A stretch of DNA of 64,000 nucleotides from Microcoleus sp. Its GTDB lineage: Bacteria; Cyanobacteriota; Cyanobacteriia; Cyanobacteriales; Microcoleaceae. Positions 27,925-38,744 of this stretch are shown one piece after another. The stretch lies in contig CP181291.1 in assembly GCA_052279835.1 (NCBI GenBank), positions 32,001-96,000 of the forward strand. The letters run 5' to 3'. Each line of letters opens with the position of its first letter. Positions within the stretch are counted from its first letter, which is position 1. The position numbers were made by a program, and so were the translations under genes. The notes under the pieces are model-generated. The model did not search any database, was not told the origin of the DNA, and saw nothing but the letters and a program-made list of their open reading frames with translations.

Positions 27925-29775
27925 ATGTCTACGGATCTATCCCCCCTCTGGATTTCTCTCAAAACGGCTGGAATTGCAACCATTGCCACATTTTTTCTCG
28001 GTACTGCTGCGGCTTATTGGATGTTGGGCTATCGCGGTAAATGGAAATCATTGATTGAAGTAATTCTAATTTCGCCGCTGATTTTGCCACCTACTGTGGT
28101 GGGTTTTTTACTGCTGTTACTATTTGGCAGAAATGGTCCGATCGGACACTTGATGCAGCAATTTGACTTGACGATTATCTTTACTTGGTATGCCGCAGTA
28201 GTGGCGGCAACGGTTGTTTCATTTCCCCTGATGTACAAAACAGCATTGGGGGCGTTTGAACAAATAGACAGTAGTTTACTGCAAGTAGCCAGAACTTTGG
28301 GAGCTTCTCAAAGGCGCGTTTTTTTTCAGATTCTATTGCCCTTGGCTGCACCCGGACTTGTGGCAGGAATTACCCTCGCATTTGCACGAGCATTGGGAGA
28401 ATTTGGAGCAACCTTAATGCTGGCGGGCAATATTCCCGGACAAACGCAAACCATGCCCATGGCTATCTATTTTGCGGTGGAAGCTGGAGAAATGAATGAG
28501 GCTTGGTTCTGGGCAATTTCTATTTTAATGCTCTCGCTGTCGGGAATAATAGCTGTGAACCTTTGGCAGCAGCGCTACGAACGCAAAAGACAGCAAATGC
28601 AAGCAGGGATGCTCGAAGCAAATGAGCCTGTAAATCGGGGCGGAAAACGCACGCAGCCGGCTCGTTTAGGGCATTCCATGCAACGGCAACTGCCAACTTC
28701 AACTGCCGGATTGCTCGTCGATATTAAACAACAATTATCGAACTTTCAACTCGACACGGCTTTTACAGCACAGCAAGAAACTTTAGGGATACTCGGCGGA
28801 TCGGGTTCGGGTAAAAGCATGACTCTCCGCTGTATTGCCGGTGTGGATACGCCTGGGAAAGGGCGAATAGTCTTGAATGGTCGATCGCTCTTTGATTCTG
28901 ACAAAAACATTAACCTACCCAGCCACAAAAGAAATGTGAGTTTGGTGTTTCAAAATTATGCGCTGTTTCCCCACATGACAGTTGCTCAAAATATTGCCTT
29001 TGGGTTGCAGCATCTGCCAAAAGCAATGTGTCAGCAGCGAGTCGATCGACAGTTGGCTGGAGTGCAAATGCAGGGGTTGGGCGATCGCTATCCGCACCAA
29101 CTTTCGGGGGGACAACAACAGCGGGTAGCGCTGGCGAGGGCCTTAGCAACTGAACCGGAATTGCTGCTGTTGGACGAGCCTTTTTCAGCGCTAGATACCT
29201 ATCTCCGCAGTCAAATGGAGCGGCAGCTTGTGGAAAATTTAGCAACTTACCGCGGCATTACGTTATTTGTGACTCACAACCTGGAGGAGGCTTACCGAAT
29301 TTGTGAAAATCTGATGGTGATGTCGGCGGGAAAAGCGATCGCCTATAACTCGAAACATCAGATTTTTGAGCATCCAAAAACGGTTCGCATTGCTCAACTT
29401 ACGGGCTGTAAAAACTTTTCCCGTGCGGTGGTGCAGGGATCTAATTTAGTAGCAGCAACCGATTGGGGAATTACTTTGCAAGCGCTAGAAGCCCTGGACG
29501 ATCGGTTCACCGATATTGGCATTCGCGCCCACCAAATTAGCATCACTAGCAATCCCGATCTTGATAATACCTATCCTTGTTGGTTGGCTGCCACCAGCGA
29601 AACGCCGCACCGGATGACGCTGTTTCTCAAATTCAACGGAATACCCGCAGGCGGACAGGATTACCACGTGCAAGCCGAAGTCTTTAAAGAAAACTGGCAC
29701 GACATCAAAGATCGGCCTTTTCCCTGGTACGTGCGGCTCGATCCCGCCCGGTTGATATTGATGGTGGATGGTTAA
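27925..29775 (+). CDS. modBC: Fused molybdate ABC permease / ATPase
   Basis: LPPTVVG, FARALGEFGAT; Walker A GGSGSGKS, LSGGQQQR, LLLDEP. Confidence 0.93.
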   Translation: MSTDLSPLWISLKTAGIATIATFFLGTAAAYWMLGYRGKWKSLIEVILISPLILPPTVVGFLLLLLFGRNGPIGHLMQQFDLTIIFTWYAAVVAATVVSFPLMYKTALGAFEQIDSSLLQVARTLGASQRRVFFQILLPLAAPGLVAGITLAFARALGEFGATLMLAGNIPGQTQTMPMAIYFAVEAGEMNEAWFWAISILMLSLSGIIAVNLWQQRYERKRQQMQAGMLEANEPVNRGGKRTQPARLGHSMQRQLPTSTAGLLVDIKQQLSNFQLDTAFTAQQETLGILGGSGSGKSMTLRCIAGVDTPGKGRIVLNGRSLFDSDKNINLPSHKRNVSLVFQNYALFPHMTVAQNIAFGLQHLPKAMCQQRVDRQLAGVQMQGLGDRYPHQLSGGQQQRVALARALATEPELLLLDEPFSALDTYLRSQMERQLVENLATYRGITLFVTHNLEEAYRICENLMVMSAGKAIAYNSKHQIFEHPKTVRIAQLTGCKNFSRAVVQGSNLVAATDWGITLQALEALDDRFTDIGIRAHQISITSNPDLDNTYPCWLAATSETPHRMTLFLKFNGIPAGGQDYHVQAEVFKENWHDIKDRPFPWYVRLDPARLILMVDG

Positions 29776-29915
29776 ACAGTTGACAGTTGAGAGTTGAGAG
29801 TTAGTAGGGGCCGTGTGCCCGCCCTCTTAGTTGACAGTTGACAGTTGACAGCATAGATTTTTAGGCTGCGCCATTACGAAGTGAAACCTAACGTCTTTGG
29901 TATTCAAATTACCAA

Positions 29916-32900
29916 CTAAAATGGTGATACTTTATCACGTTCAACCTCCTCGCCGGGAGTCGTTTTCCCATCCAAAATTGTGTCATCATAGGGCGGATTT
30001 TGTGGGCGATCGCGTTTCGTAAAGCGATCGCGAGCCGAGACAATCACCACATACAAAACCGGGACAATAAACAAACTCAATAAAGTAGAAACCACCATTC
30101 CACCCGCGATCGCATTCCCCAGCGATCGGCGGCTCGCAGCCCCCGCACCTTCTGGGTTAACCAGAGGAGCAATACCCAAAACGAAAGACAGAGAAGTCAT
30201 CAAAATCGGTCGCAAACGCTCTTGAGACGCCTCAACAGCCGCTTTAGCAATGGGATACCCCTGCTCCCGCAACTGGTTAGCAAATTCCACGATTAAAATC
30301 GCATTTTTACTAGCCAACCCAATCAACATCACCAAACCAATCTGGCAATAAACATCATTCGCCAAACCCCGCAGCGACTGAGCTAAAAGTGCCCCTAAAA
30401 TTGCCAGAGGAACCGACAGCAAAATAATGAAAGGATCGACATAATTTTCGTACTGAGCCGCCAAAACTAAAAACACAAAAATCAATCCCAATCCGAAAAT
30501 AATCGGTGCTTGACCCCCCGACGCAATTTCTTCTAAAGAAGTCCCCGACCATTCATAGGCAAAACCCGACGGCAGAACTTGAGCTGCCACCTTTTCCATC
30601 GATTTAATTGCCTGTCCAGAACTCGCTCCCGGAGCCGGAGAGCCCGTAATTTCTATTGACCTGTATAAATTGTAGTGGTTAACAGTTTGCGCTCCCACCA
30701 CCGGCGTGAGCTTCACCAAATTGCTCAAAGAAATCATTTCATTTTTTCCAGAACGCACGTACAATTTCCCAATATCTTCAGGATTAGCGCGAAACTGTTT
30801 ATCCGCCTGCACATACACCCGATAATTGCGCTGCTGGAGATTAAAATCATTCACATACTGCGAACCCAGAGCCGTTTGTAGCGTACTGAAAATATCATTG
30901 ATGGGAATATCCAAAGCCTTAGCTCGATTGCGGTCAACTTCCACAATTAACTGAGGCGTATTCGCAGCAAACGTACTAAATACCGCCTGCAAGCCAGGAG
31001 TCTGATTCGCCTGCTTTAAAATCCCACCCATAGTTTGAACCAAAGCATCTAAACCACTGTTACCTTTGCGGTCTTGCAATTGAAATTGGAAGCCTCCAAA
31101 TTGACCTAAACCTTGAATAGCCGGCGGATTTACAGGGAAAATTCTAGCTTCGGGAATCTCGGAAAACTTACCCCGCAGCTTACCAATAATCCCTTGTACA
31201 GTTTGATCTTCTCCATGACGTTCTTTCCAGGGTTTAAGAGTAGTAAATATAATCCCCTGGTTGGAACTGTTACCACTAAAACCAAAACCACCTACAGAAA
31301 AAGTCCCCACAACTTCAGGAACTTTGAGGATTTCTTTTTCAACTCCGTCCATCACCTGCTGGGTGTATTGCAGCGAAACGCCCTGAGGCCCTTGAATAAT
31401 TGTCAAAAAATACCCTTGGTCTTCCTCTGGGATAAATGCTGTCGGTACTGATAAATAAAGCCAAGCTGTCAATCCCAGAGAAGCAATAAACAACAGGGTA
31501 ACAATGGTTTTAAATCGTGTTAAAAATATTAAGGAATCTCTATATTTGTTTTGCGTCCAATCCAGAAAAATATTAATGCGGTTAAACACCCAACCCAAGG
31601 GGCCACCAAACTTCTTACCTGGGCGCAGTAATATAGCGGCAAGTGAGGGAGTAAGAGTAACCGCCATAAACGTAGAAAGCAGCACTGAAAAAGCAATTGT
31701 CAGGGCAAATTGTTTATAGAGAGCGCCCGTTGTCCCAGGGAAAAAAGCCACGGGTACGAACACGGCCATCAATACTAAGGAAGTGGCAATTACAGCACTA
31801 AAAAGTTCCCGCATTGACTCAGAAGCTGCTTGGCGGGTATTCATACCTTGGCGGACAAGACGGTCAATATTTTCGACTACTATGATAGCGTCATCAACCA
31901 CTAAACCTGTTGCTAAGGTAAGACCAAATAGAGACAAACTGTTAATCGTAAATCCGAAAGCTTTGATAAAGGCAAATGTCCCAATCAAGGAAATGGGAAT
32001 TGTGACGGTGGGAATAATCGTAGTGCGCCAATCTTGCAGAAAAACAAAAATAACTATCACCACTAACAAGACTGCTTCAAACAGAGTTTTGACTACTTCT
32101 GCCATCGACTCTTGGACAAATTGAGTCGTATCGAGTGCTGTTCTATGTATCACTCCGGGAGGGAAGTTTTTAGCTAATTTTTCCATTTCTGCTTTGACTG
32201 CTTGGGCAACATTTAAAGCATTACTTCCGGGTAATTGGTAAATCCCTAAACCCACAGCGTCCTTACCTCGAAATCGCAGGAAAGAGTTATAATTTTCTGC
32301 TCCTAATTCGGCTCGTCCGACATCTTTTAATTTAACTAAAGTTCCATTATTTTCGCTTTTAATAACGATGTTTTCAAATTCTTCCGGGCTTTTTAGACGA
32401 CTTTCTGCACTCAAATCTATCTGATACATTTGCCCCTCTGGGGCTGGTTCTTGACCAATCCTTCCAACACCAACTTGCAAGTTTTGTTCGTTAATTGCTC
32501 TTGTTACATCTTGCATTGTTAGATTGCGAGCAGCTAATTTATTGGGGTCTATCCACAAACGCATTGCATAGCGTCTTTCCCCAAAAATTCGCACGTCGCC
32601 CACGCCTTTTACTCTCTTTAAAGTATCTGCTAAATAGAGGTCGGCGTAGTTGCTTAAAAATATGGTATCGTATTCTTTATTTTCGGTGAATAATCCTATA
32701 GCCAGCAGCAGGCTGTTAGATTGTTTGGTAACTGTAACTCCTGTGCGTTGTACGGCATCTGGCAGTTGTGGCTGAGCAACTGCAACTCTATTTTGCACAT
32801 CGACGGCGGCAATATCTTTGTCGCGGGAAGTATCAAAGGTGGCTGTAATGGTGCTAGTTCCACTGTTAGTGCTACTGGAAGTTAGATATTTCAGTCCTTC

Positions 32901-33119
32901 AATGCCGTTGATTTGCCTTTCTAGGATGTTCGTAACTGCGTTTTCGACAACTTCGGCATTCGCACCGCTATAGTTGGCTGTGACGTTAATTTGGGTGGGG
33001 CTAATGTCGGGGAAGCGTTCGATCGGCAATGCGGGAATGCTGATTGCGCCTACCAGAACAATAATTAAGGCGCAGACGCTAGCAAAGACTGGTCGTTTGA
33101 TAAAGAAATCTGCAAACAT
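29916..33119 (-). CDS. RND efflux permease (AcrB/HAE1 family)
   Basis: FFIKRPVFA, GLVVDDAIIVVEN, KNAILIVEFA, RLRPILMT. Confidence 0.97.
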   Translation of the reverse strand: MFADFFIKRPVFASVCALIIVLVGAISIPALPIERFPDISPTQINVTANYSGANAEVVENAVTNILERQINGIEGLKYLTSSSTNSGTSTITATFDTSRDKDIAAVDVQNRVAVAQPQLPDAVQRTGVTVTKQSNSLLLAIGLFTENKEYDTIFLSNYADLYLADTLKRVKGVGDVRIFGERRYAMRLWIDPNKLAARNLTMQDVTRAINEQNLQVGVGRIGQEPAPEGQMYQIDLSAESRLKSPEEFENIVIKSENNGTLVKLKDVGRAELGAENYNSFLRFRGKDAVGLGIYQLPGSNALNVAQAVKAEMEKLAKNFPPGVIHRTALDTTQFVQESMAEVVKTLFEAVLLVVIVIFVFLQDWRTTIIPTVTIPISLIGTFAFIKAFGFTINSLSLFGLTLATGLVVDDAIIVVENIDRLVRQGMNTRQAASESMRELFSAVIATSLVLMAVFVPVAFFPGTTGALYKQFALTIAFSVLLSTFMAVTLTPSLAAILLRPGKKFGGPLGWVFNRINIFLDWTQNKYRDSLIFLTRFKTIVTLLFIASLGLTAWLYLSVPTAFIPEEDQGYFLTIIQGPQGVSLQYTQQVMDGVEKEILKVPEVVGTFSVGGFGFSGNSSNQGIIFTTLKPWKERHGEDQTVQGIIGKLRGKFSEIPEARIFPVNPPAIQGLGQFGGFQFQLQDRKGNSGLDALVQTMGGILKQANQTPGLQAVFSTFAANTPQLIVEVDRNRAKALDIPINDIFSTLQTALGSQYVNDFNLQQRNYRVYVQADKQFRANPEDIGKLYVRSGKNEMISLSNLVKLTPVVGAQTVNHYNLYRSIEITGSPAPGASSGQAIKSMEKVAAQVLPSGFAYEWSGTSLEEIASGGQAPIIFGLGLIFVFLVLAAQYENYVDPFIILLSVPLAILGALLAQSLRGLANDVYCQIGLVMLIGLASKNAILIVEFANQLREQGYPIAKAAVEASQERLRPILMTSLSFVLGIAPLVNPEGAGAASRRSLGNAIAGGMVVSTLLSLFIVPVLYVVIVSARDRFTKRDRPQNPPYDDTILDGKTTPGEEVERDKVSPF

Positions 33120-33376
33120 TATTTGGGTAATTGGTAGTTGCGGATGGCTAATTGCTAATGGCTAATTATTAATGACGATCGACATTTCAGGTTGAGTCAG
33201 TTTTAATTCCATCCCGTTCATTTTGAAAAATCCTGTAATATCAAGTCGATCGCGTTTAAGATATAGGTCGGGGCGGGTTTATGAGATTTCAAGTGTTTAT
33301 TGCAGATACTCGTGAACTCGCCCCTACGGTAATTAGGGTCAATCGACCGGACAGGATCTAAATCCTGACTCAGGCA

Positions 33377-35170
33377 TTAATTTTTGTCACCCGCTGGTAA
33401 TTTTGTGCTTTTATCTGTTCCGGCCTCTGGCTCTTGAACCATAATTGGAGCACCGTCCGTCAAGTTGAGAATGCCTGCTACCACAATTTTTTCCCCTGCT
33501 TGCAAACCTTCGGTAACTTGATAATTATTCCCCTCAATGCTTCCCAATTTCACGGACTTTTGGCGCGCTATTAAAGGTGGCATTCCCGGTTTTGGTTGTT
33601 CGGGCTTTTGAGCTGTGAAGACAAAAGTTTGCCCTCCTAAGCGAGTGACTGCTGTGACTGGAACTAAAATTCCGGGACTTTGTTTCCAGATGACTTTAGC
33701 TTTGACAAACTGGAGATTAAGCAGTGCGCCGCTGGGGTTGGGAAAAGTGGCTTTCGCTAAAATTGTTTGGGAATTGGCGCTGACGTTTGGGGAGATAAAA
33801 CTAATTTGACCTTGGGCGATCGCTTTACCTTGAGCATCGAGCATTTGTACTGGCAATCCTAAACGTAATTGAGGTTGCCGCTCTAAAGGAATGGATAACC
33901 GCAAGTCGAGTAATTGGTTCTCGGTTAAAGCAGTGAGTACATCGCCTTTTTTCAAATAGTCGCCCACTTTTACTGGTAAGTCGCCGATGACTCCTGCAAA
34001 GGGTGCGATGACAGCAGTTTCTTGAAGTTGTACCTCAAAGCCACGCACTTGAGCGGCGGCCTCGGCAACTTGCGCTTCAGCTTGATCTACCTGTTCTTGG
34101 CGCGTACCGTTGGCTAACTGGGCTAGTTTGCTCTTGGCTTGTGCGACTTCTGCTTCAGCTTTGGCTATTTCCTCTGGGCGCGAACCGTTTTGCAGTTGCC
34201 GCAAAGCTTGTTGCTGCTGTTGCAGGGCTGCTGTGCGCCGATCGATCTCGGCTTGTCTGTTCTTTTGCCGCTGCTCGAGGCGCCTTTGAGCTTCTCGGAG
34301 GTTGGCTTGGGCGGTGCTTTCTTTTTGGATGTATTCCTGGAGGGTGTTTGCGGATGTTGCGCCTTCTTTTGCCAAGGCCTGATATCTGGCAAGCTGCTGG
34401 TTGGCTAACTTGGCTTCGGCTGTGCTTGCTTCTATTTGCGCTCTTGCTTGGGCGATGTCTTCTAGCAGGCTGCCTGTTTGGGCATCGGCAAGCTCGGCTT
34501 GGGCTTGGGAAACGCGGGCTTGGGCTTGGCCAATTTCTTCGGGCCGAGAGCCCGATCGCAGTTGGGCGAGGTTGGCTTGGGCTTGGGCGACTTGGGCTTG
34601 AGCTTGGGCGATTTCTTCGGGCCTGCTGCCTGCTTGCAATTCGGCTAAGTGCGATCGAGCGCGGATCAGGTTGGCCTGGGATTGCCTCAAGTCAGCTTGG
34701 GCGCTGTCGCTTTTCATGCGGGCGATCGCTTGTCCTTTTTCTACAAAGTCCCCGGATTTGACAAAAATCTCCGTGACTAGCCCATCAATTTCCGGTTTGA
34801 TTTGAACTGAGCGTTTTGCCTCTAAGCTGCTGACAAACTCCGAGGCATCTTGGACTGAGCTGGTGTCAACGGCTGCGATCTTGACTGGTATGGCTTTGGG
34901 TTGGGCTGCCGCTGCCTGTTGCTGTGAGCGATTGTGGCCCGATTGCCACGAGTACCAGCCGAATCCTGCGGCACCTGCCAAGAGCGCGATCGCCGCAATT
35001 AGGGGCCAGCGCGATCGTGGTTTACCGGGGCGGGGGCGATCGGCAATCGCGGGAACATCGTACAGTCGATCGTTGTCTGCATCGGTTGTGGGAACTTCCG
35101 GTGTAGGAAACTTTTGCTCTTGAGCCTCAACCACGGATTCAGGAGATTTAGAATAACTCATTTGCACCAC
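33377..35170 (-). CDS. RND efflux membrane-fusion protein with extended coiled-coil repeats
   Basis: N-terminal TM, GSRPEEIAQA repeats, APFAGVIG. Confidence 0.93.
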   Translation of the reverse strand: MVQMSYSKSPESVVEAQEQKFPTPEVPTTDADNDRLYDVPAIADRPRPGKPRSRWPLIAAIALLAGAAGFGWYSWQSGHNRSQQQAAAAQPKAIPVKIAAVDTSSVQDASEFVSSLEAKRSVQIKPEIDGLVTEIFVKSGDFVEKGQAIARMKSDSAQADLRQSQANLIRARSHLAELQAGSRPEEIAQAQAQVAQAQANLAQLRSGSRPEEIGQAQARVSQAQAELADAQTGSLLEDIAQARAQIEASTAEAKLANQQLARYQALAKEGATSANTLQEYIQKESTAQANLREAQRRLEQRQKNRQAEIDRRTAALQQQQQALRQLQNGSRPEEIAKAEAEVAQAKSKLAQLANGTRQEQVDQAEAQVAEAAAQVRGFEVQLQETAVIAPFAGVIGDLPVKVGDYLKKGDVLTALTENQLLDLRLSIPLERQPQLRLGLPVQMLDAQGKAIAQGQISFISPNVSANSQTILAKATFPNPSGALLNLQFVKAKVIWKQSPGILVPVTAVTRLGGQTFVFTAQKPEQPKPGMPPLIARQKSVKLGSIEGNNYQVTEGLQAGEKIVVAGILNLTDGAPIMVQEPEAGTDKSTKLPAGDKN

Positions 35171-35337
35171 CAGTTAGGTTTTTTAACATCGGACTTAGCC
35201 CAGCCTGGGCGCGATCGTTTTTAGGAAACTTTTTTGTTATCTCTCAAAAGTTATGGTAGGCAAGGATGATTGCACATCCTTCTGATGACTCACTGGAGTG
35301 GGCAACGTGGAGAGATTTTGGCTTTCCCAAGGTAGAT

Positions 35338-35892
35338 TCAGAGAAAGTTGGGGGAGTCCCGTCCGCCTGCGATCGCACTTTTTTCTTTGGCTAGTTGCTC
35401 GGTTAACCACTCTATCTCTAACGCCAGCACTGACTTGCAGCGATCGCGAGAGGCAAATTGATAGTCGTTGGTTAGTTGATATTCGTTCTTGAGGCTTTCG
35501 ATGTAGTCTTGCCGGATGTAACAGACTCGCAAGCGGTGTTCCAACAATTTCAGCCGTTCTGCGGGTTCTAAGTCGCCAAAAAAGAAAAACTTGATTTGGA
35601 ACCTGGAACCGCTGTTAACCCAGCTTTCTTGAGGGTGTTCGAGCATTTTTTGCCGCCAGCGATCGCGCCCAGACGGTGTAATCCCGTAAATTTTGCGCGG
35701 ACATCCGGCATCTCCGGCTTCTTCAGCAATTACCGCAATCGCCCCTCGCTCTTCCAAGCGCTTCAGCAGCGGGTAAATTGCTCCGTAGTTGACGCTGATG
35801 TAACTGCTCATAAACAGCTCCAGTAGTTGCTTTAGGCGATAGCCGTGCAGGGGTTGCCACTGTAGCAGCCCGAGGGCTGATAATTCAAGCAT
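35338..35892 (-). CDS. PadR family regulator
   Basis: LHGY.L..GAIYPLLKRLEE.G..RKIYGIT..G. Confidence 0.93.
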   Translation of the reverse strand: MLELSALGLLQWQPLHGYRLKQLLELFMSSYISVNYGAIYPLLKRLEERGAIAVIAEEAGDAGCPRKIYGITPSGRDRWRQKMLEHPQESWVNSGSRFQIKFFFFGDLEPAERLKLLEHRLRVCYIRQDYIESLKNEYQLTNDYQFASRDRCKSVLALEIEWLTEQLAKEKSAIAGGRDSPNFL

Positions 35893-36139
35893 TTATATCA
35901 GACTGATATTATAAGATAGATTATGAGACAAGTATATCTGACTCAAGGACGATATTCCATCCAGAGGTTTGGGTCTGCCCGACCGTACCCAATCCCAGAT
36001 GTAGGATATTTTTAGTTTCTCGATAAATAGGCAGTTCGTCCACGCGGATCTCAAACGGCTCCACCATCTCTGGAGTTGCATAAATCCGCAGTTTGGCATC
36101 TGGAGAAAACAGTGCCATCAAATTGCCCAAGGTTACAAC

Positions 36140-36394
36140 ATGGTTGAGCACTTGCCAATTCGTGGCGCGATCGGGGCAAACAATTCGTTTCATCGATCGC
36201 AGCTTCCAACAGATCTTCAACTTCGTCAGCAAATCGTCACCGCTCGAAAAAGTCTGCAATTGAGCCAGAGAGACTTAGCAACCCATATTGGCAAAAGTCA
36301 AAGTTGGGTTCGCGATATTGAGAGCGGTCGCCTCCAAGTAGGTTTCAAAGAGCAGCAACTGTTATTAAAAGTATTGGGTTTGATGCCAGTTTAA
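36140..36394 (+). CDS. XRE HTH protein, possibly a truncated remnant
   Basis: IVTARKSLQLSQRDLATHIGKSQSWVRDIESGR. Confidence 0.6.
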   Translation: MVEHLPIRGAIGANNSFHRSQLPTDLQLRQQIVTARKSLQLSQRDLATHIGKSQSWVRDIESGRLQVGFKEQQLLLKVLGLMPV

Positions 36395-36432
36395 GGAGAA
36401 GATTAATCATTCTGATACCAACGGATTTGATA

Positions 36433-37260
36433 TTAGGCATCGCCTGTTTGTTTAGCCACGATTTTTTTAGCTTGCTGCCAAATTGCCTCTAACTCTGCCA
36501 CCGGATAATCAGATAAAGGTCGATCGCACTGTCCTTCAACTAAGGCAAACCGATCCACAAACCGCTGATTTGTCCCCTGCAAAGCCGCCGACGGGTCTAA
36601 ACCATACCAGCGAGCCAATTGGATTAACACAAACATAATATCTCCCAATTCCGACTCCTGGGCTGCTTTATCCTCATGTTTGAGCGCGTGTTCAAATTCA
36701 GCCATTTCTTCGTGAAATTTATCCCAAACACCATCCACAGTGTCCCAATCAAAACTCGCTTCCGCAGCTTTTTGAGAGATTTTCATCCCGGCGGCGATCG
36801 GAGGCAAAGTGCTGGCATAACGGCTCATTTTCGATGCGAAAGTTGGCGGTTTTTCAGCAGTTTCGCCTTTTTCAGCGGCTTTGATTTTTTCCCAGTTTTC
36901 GTTGACTTCATCGACGCTGTTGAGTTCGACATCGCCGAAAACGTGGGGATGTCGCCGAATTAGTTTTTCTGTAATCCCATTGGCGATTTCTGCGAGGGTA
37001 AATTGATCGGAGTCGCTGGCAATTTGAGCTTGGAGGACTACTTGCAATAGTAAGTCGCCCAATTCTTCGGCGATCGCCTCTTGGTCTTGGCGACGAATGG
37101 CATCGACAGTTTCGTAAGCTTCTTCAATAATATGGGGAATGAGAGTTTGGGGTGTTTGGGCTAAATCCCAGGGACATCCGCCCTTGGGGTCGCGCAATTT
37201 GGCTACAACTTCGATTAACTGTGCTAGTGCTATGAGCGATCGACTTTGAGAATCAGACAT
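36433..37260 (-). CDS. mazG: Nucleoside triphosphate pyrophosphohydrolase
   Basis: LR..GGCPWD, EEAYE, EELGDLLLQV, RRHPHVF. Confidence 0.96.
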   Translation of the reverse strand: MSDSQSRSLIALAQLIEVVAKLRDPKGGCPWDLAQTPQTLIPHIIEEAYETVDAIRRQDQEAIAEELGDLLLQVVLQAQIASDSDQFTLAEIANGITEKLIRRHPHVFGDVELNSVDEVNENWEKIKAAEKGETAEKPPTFASKMSRYASTLPPIAAGMKISQKAAEASFDWDTVDGVWDKFHEEMAEFEHALKHEDKAAQESELGDIMFVLIQLARWYGLDPSAALQGTNQRFVDRFALVEGQCDRPLSDYPVAELEAIWQQAKKIVAKQTGDA

Positions 37261-37461
37261 GATCGTAATTTACCTGTAAGAGCAACCTTCTCGGGAGCAT
37301 CCCGATTTTGCATAGGCGAAGCATGACCGCAGAAAATTTATTAGTGATAACGAGAGATTTACAGCGGTCATGCTTCGCCCCTACGAATATATTTGCACTC
37401 ATTGAGATGCACCCACCTTCAAAGGCGCCGAGGACGTTGTTATTGACGCAAACAATTAATT

Positions 37462-38094
37462 TTATTGCTTCTTCCTTTTTCCTGCTTGCTTCTTGTTGCT
37501 TCCTGGTACTAGAGATTTACTAGATTTGCGGATGGGAGCTTTGCGTTTGCGCACCTTGATTGTCTCAGGAGGATGCAGCCGGCTCAATCCAGTTTTTTTG
37601 AATCTTTTGTAAGCAGAGCCTCCCCAATCGCTCAGATAGTGGCTCATAGCGCCAAATTCTAGACCGATGTAAACAGCTAATAATTCGATCGGGTGTTTGG
37701 CGATCGAGTGCCAGTAACTTAAAAGCACTTGCTGCCAGTTCCCGGTTTGGTTTCCGACTGTTTGAGTAATCGCCAACCCAAATATCCCCACAACTCCGAT
37801 CCAGGTAGCGAGGTACAAGATACGCACAGCAGTGCCGATCAAAGGGCCGTGGGACAGCCAAGAGCGGTGGCGCAGCCTTTTTTGGTAGGGTAGCCAAATC
37901 AGCTTGAACCATCCCCAGCGCTGATACTGACAGGAGTAGATATCCAAGTCGGGGCCGAACATCAGCCCGCCGAATAAAAAGCTGCCGGAAACTAGCAAAG
38001 TTAGATGGCTGCTGCGAGTCTGGCCAAGGGTAAGGGCTGCGACAAAGGGCAAACTCCATAGTGTGATGCGATCGTGGGTACGGCCAGAGGGCAT
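37462..38094 (-). CDS. DUF2227 putative metal-binding membrane protein
   Basis: MPSGRTHD, GPDLD, HRSWLSHGPLIGT, SHYLSD. Confidence 0.85.
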   Translation of the reverse strand: MPSGRTHDRITLWSLPFVAALTLGQTRSSHLTLLVSGSFLFGGLMFGPDLDIYSCQYQRWGWFKLIWLPYQKRLRHRSWLSHGPLIGTAVRILYLATWIGVVGIFGLAITQTVGNQTGNWQQVLLSYWHSIAKHPIELLAVYIGLEFGAMSHYLSDWGGSAYKRFKKTGLSRLHPPETIKVRKRKAPIRKSSKSLVPGSNKKQAGKRKKQ

Positions 38095-38165
38095 TTAAAA
38101 GTTTAGATTTTTTTACTTGATTTTTTTGGAATACTCTGATATCATAAATTCTTGTGAGTGCAATT

Positions 38166-38237
38166 GGGTGATTAGCTCAGTGGTAGAGCGCCTGCTTTAC
38201 ACGCAGGATGCCGTAGGTTCAAATCCTACATTACCCA
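38166..38237 (+). tRNA. tRNA-Val(TAC)
   Basis: Acceptor stem GGGTGAT/ATTACCC, D-arm AGCTCAGTGGTAGAGC, anticodon arm CCTGC-TTTACAC-GCAGG, T-loop GGTTCAAATCC. Confidence 0.96.
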
Positions 38238-38408
38238 TCAATTTGATACTAAGAACGGTCAACAGGAAAGTCTCGGTACTTGCTCCTCCACAAATTGACC
38301 AACTGGTGTAAGTGACTCCAACACAGAAGAAGGTTCTGGTGTTGGAGTTTTTATGACAGTCCTGGATGCAAAAAACCCGGTTTCTTGGAAAAATCGTGGC
38401 TATCTCGT

Positions 38409-38708
38409 CTGATATCAATTCCGGTTGTATCGGAATGATTTAACCGCGAAGGCGCTAAGGACGACCCCCCCCTGCCCCCCCCAAGGGGGGAAAGAGGAAG
38501 AGAAGAGAGAGTTTAATACAGGACGATGAAGAGAGGATTTTGTATGAGATATTGACGCAGAAACCGGGTTTTTGACCCCCCGTGGGTTCAGGAGTGTATC
38601 ATATCAAATCCGTTGACATCGGAATTATGATTTCTCTCTTCTCTTTCTCTGTGTCCTCTGTGTTCTAGTAAGGTTTAATCATTCCGATACAAAAGGAAAC
38701 GATATCAG
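38409..38708. mobile_element. Composite MITE-like element
   Basis: Inverted ends CTGATATC..TGTATCGGAATGATT and AATCATTCCGATACA..GATATCAG enclose other repeat families; a solo end lies at about 36404-36436. Confidence 0.55.
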
Positions 38709-38744
38709 CTATAAGTCCACTCACCGCAGTCGCAGTACAACAGA

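Noticed and set aside
21954..29775. panC-cmk and modB-modC fusions as novelties
   Set aside because: Both are established cyanobacterial fusions.
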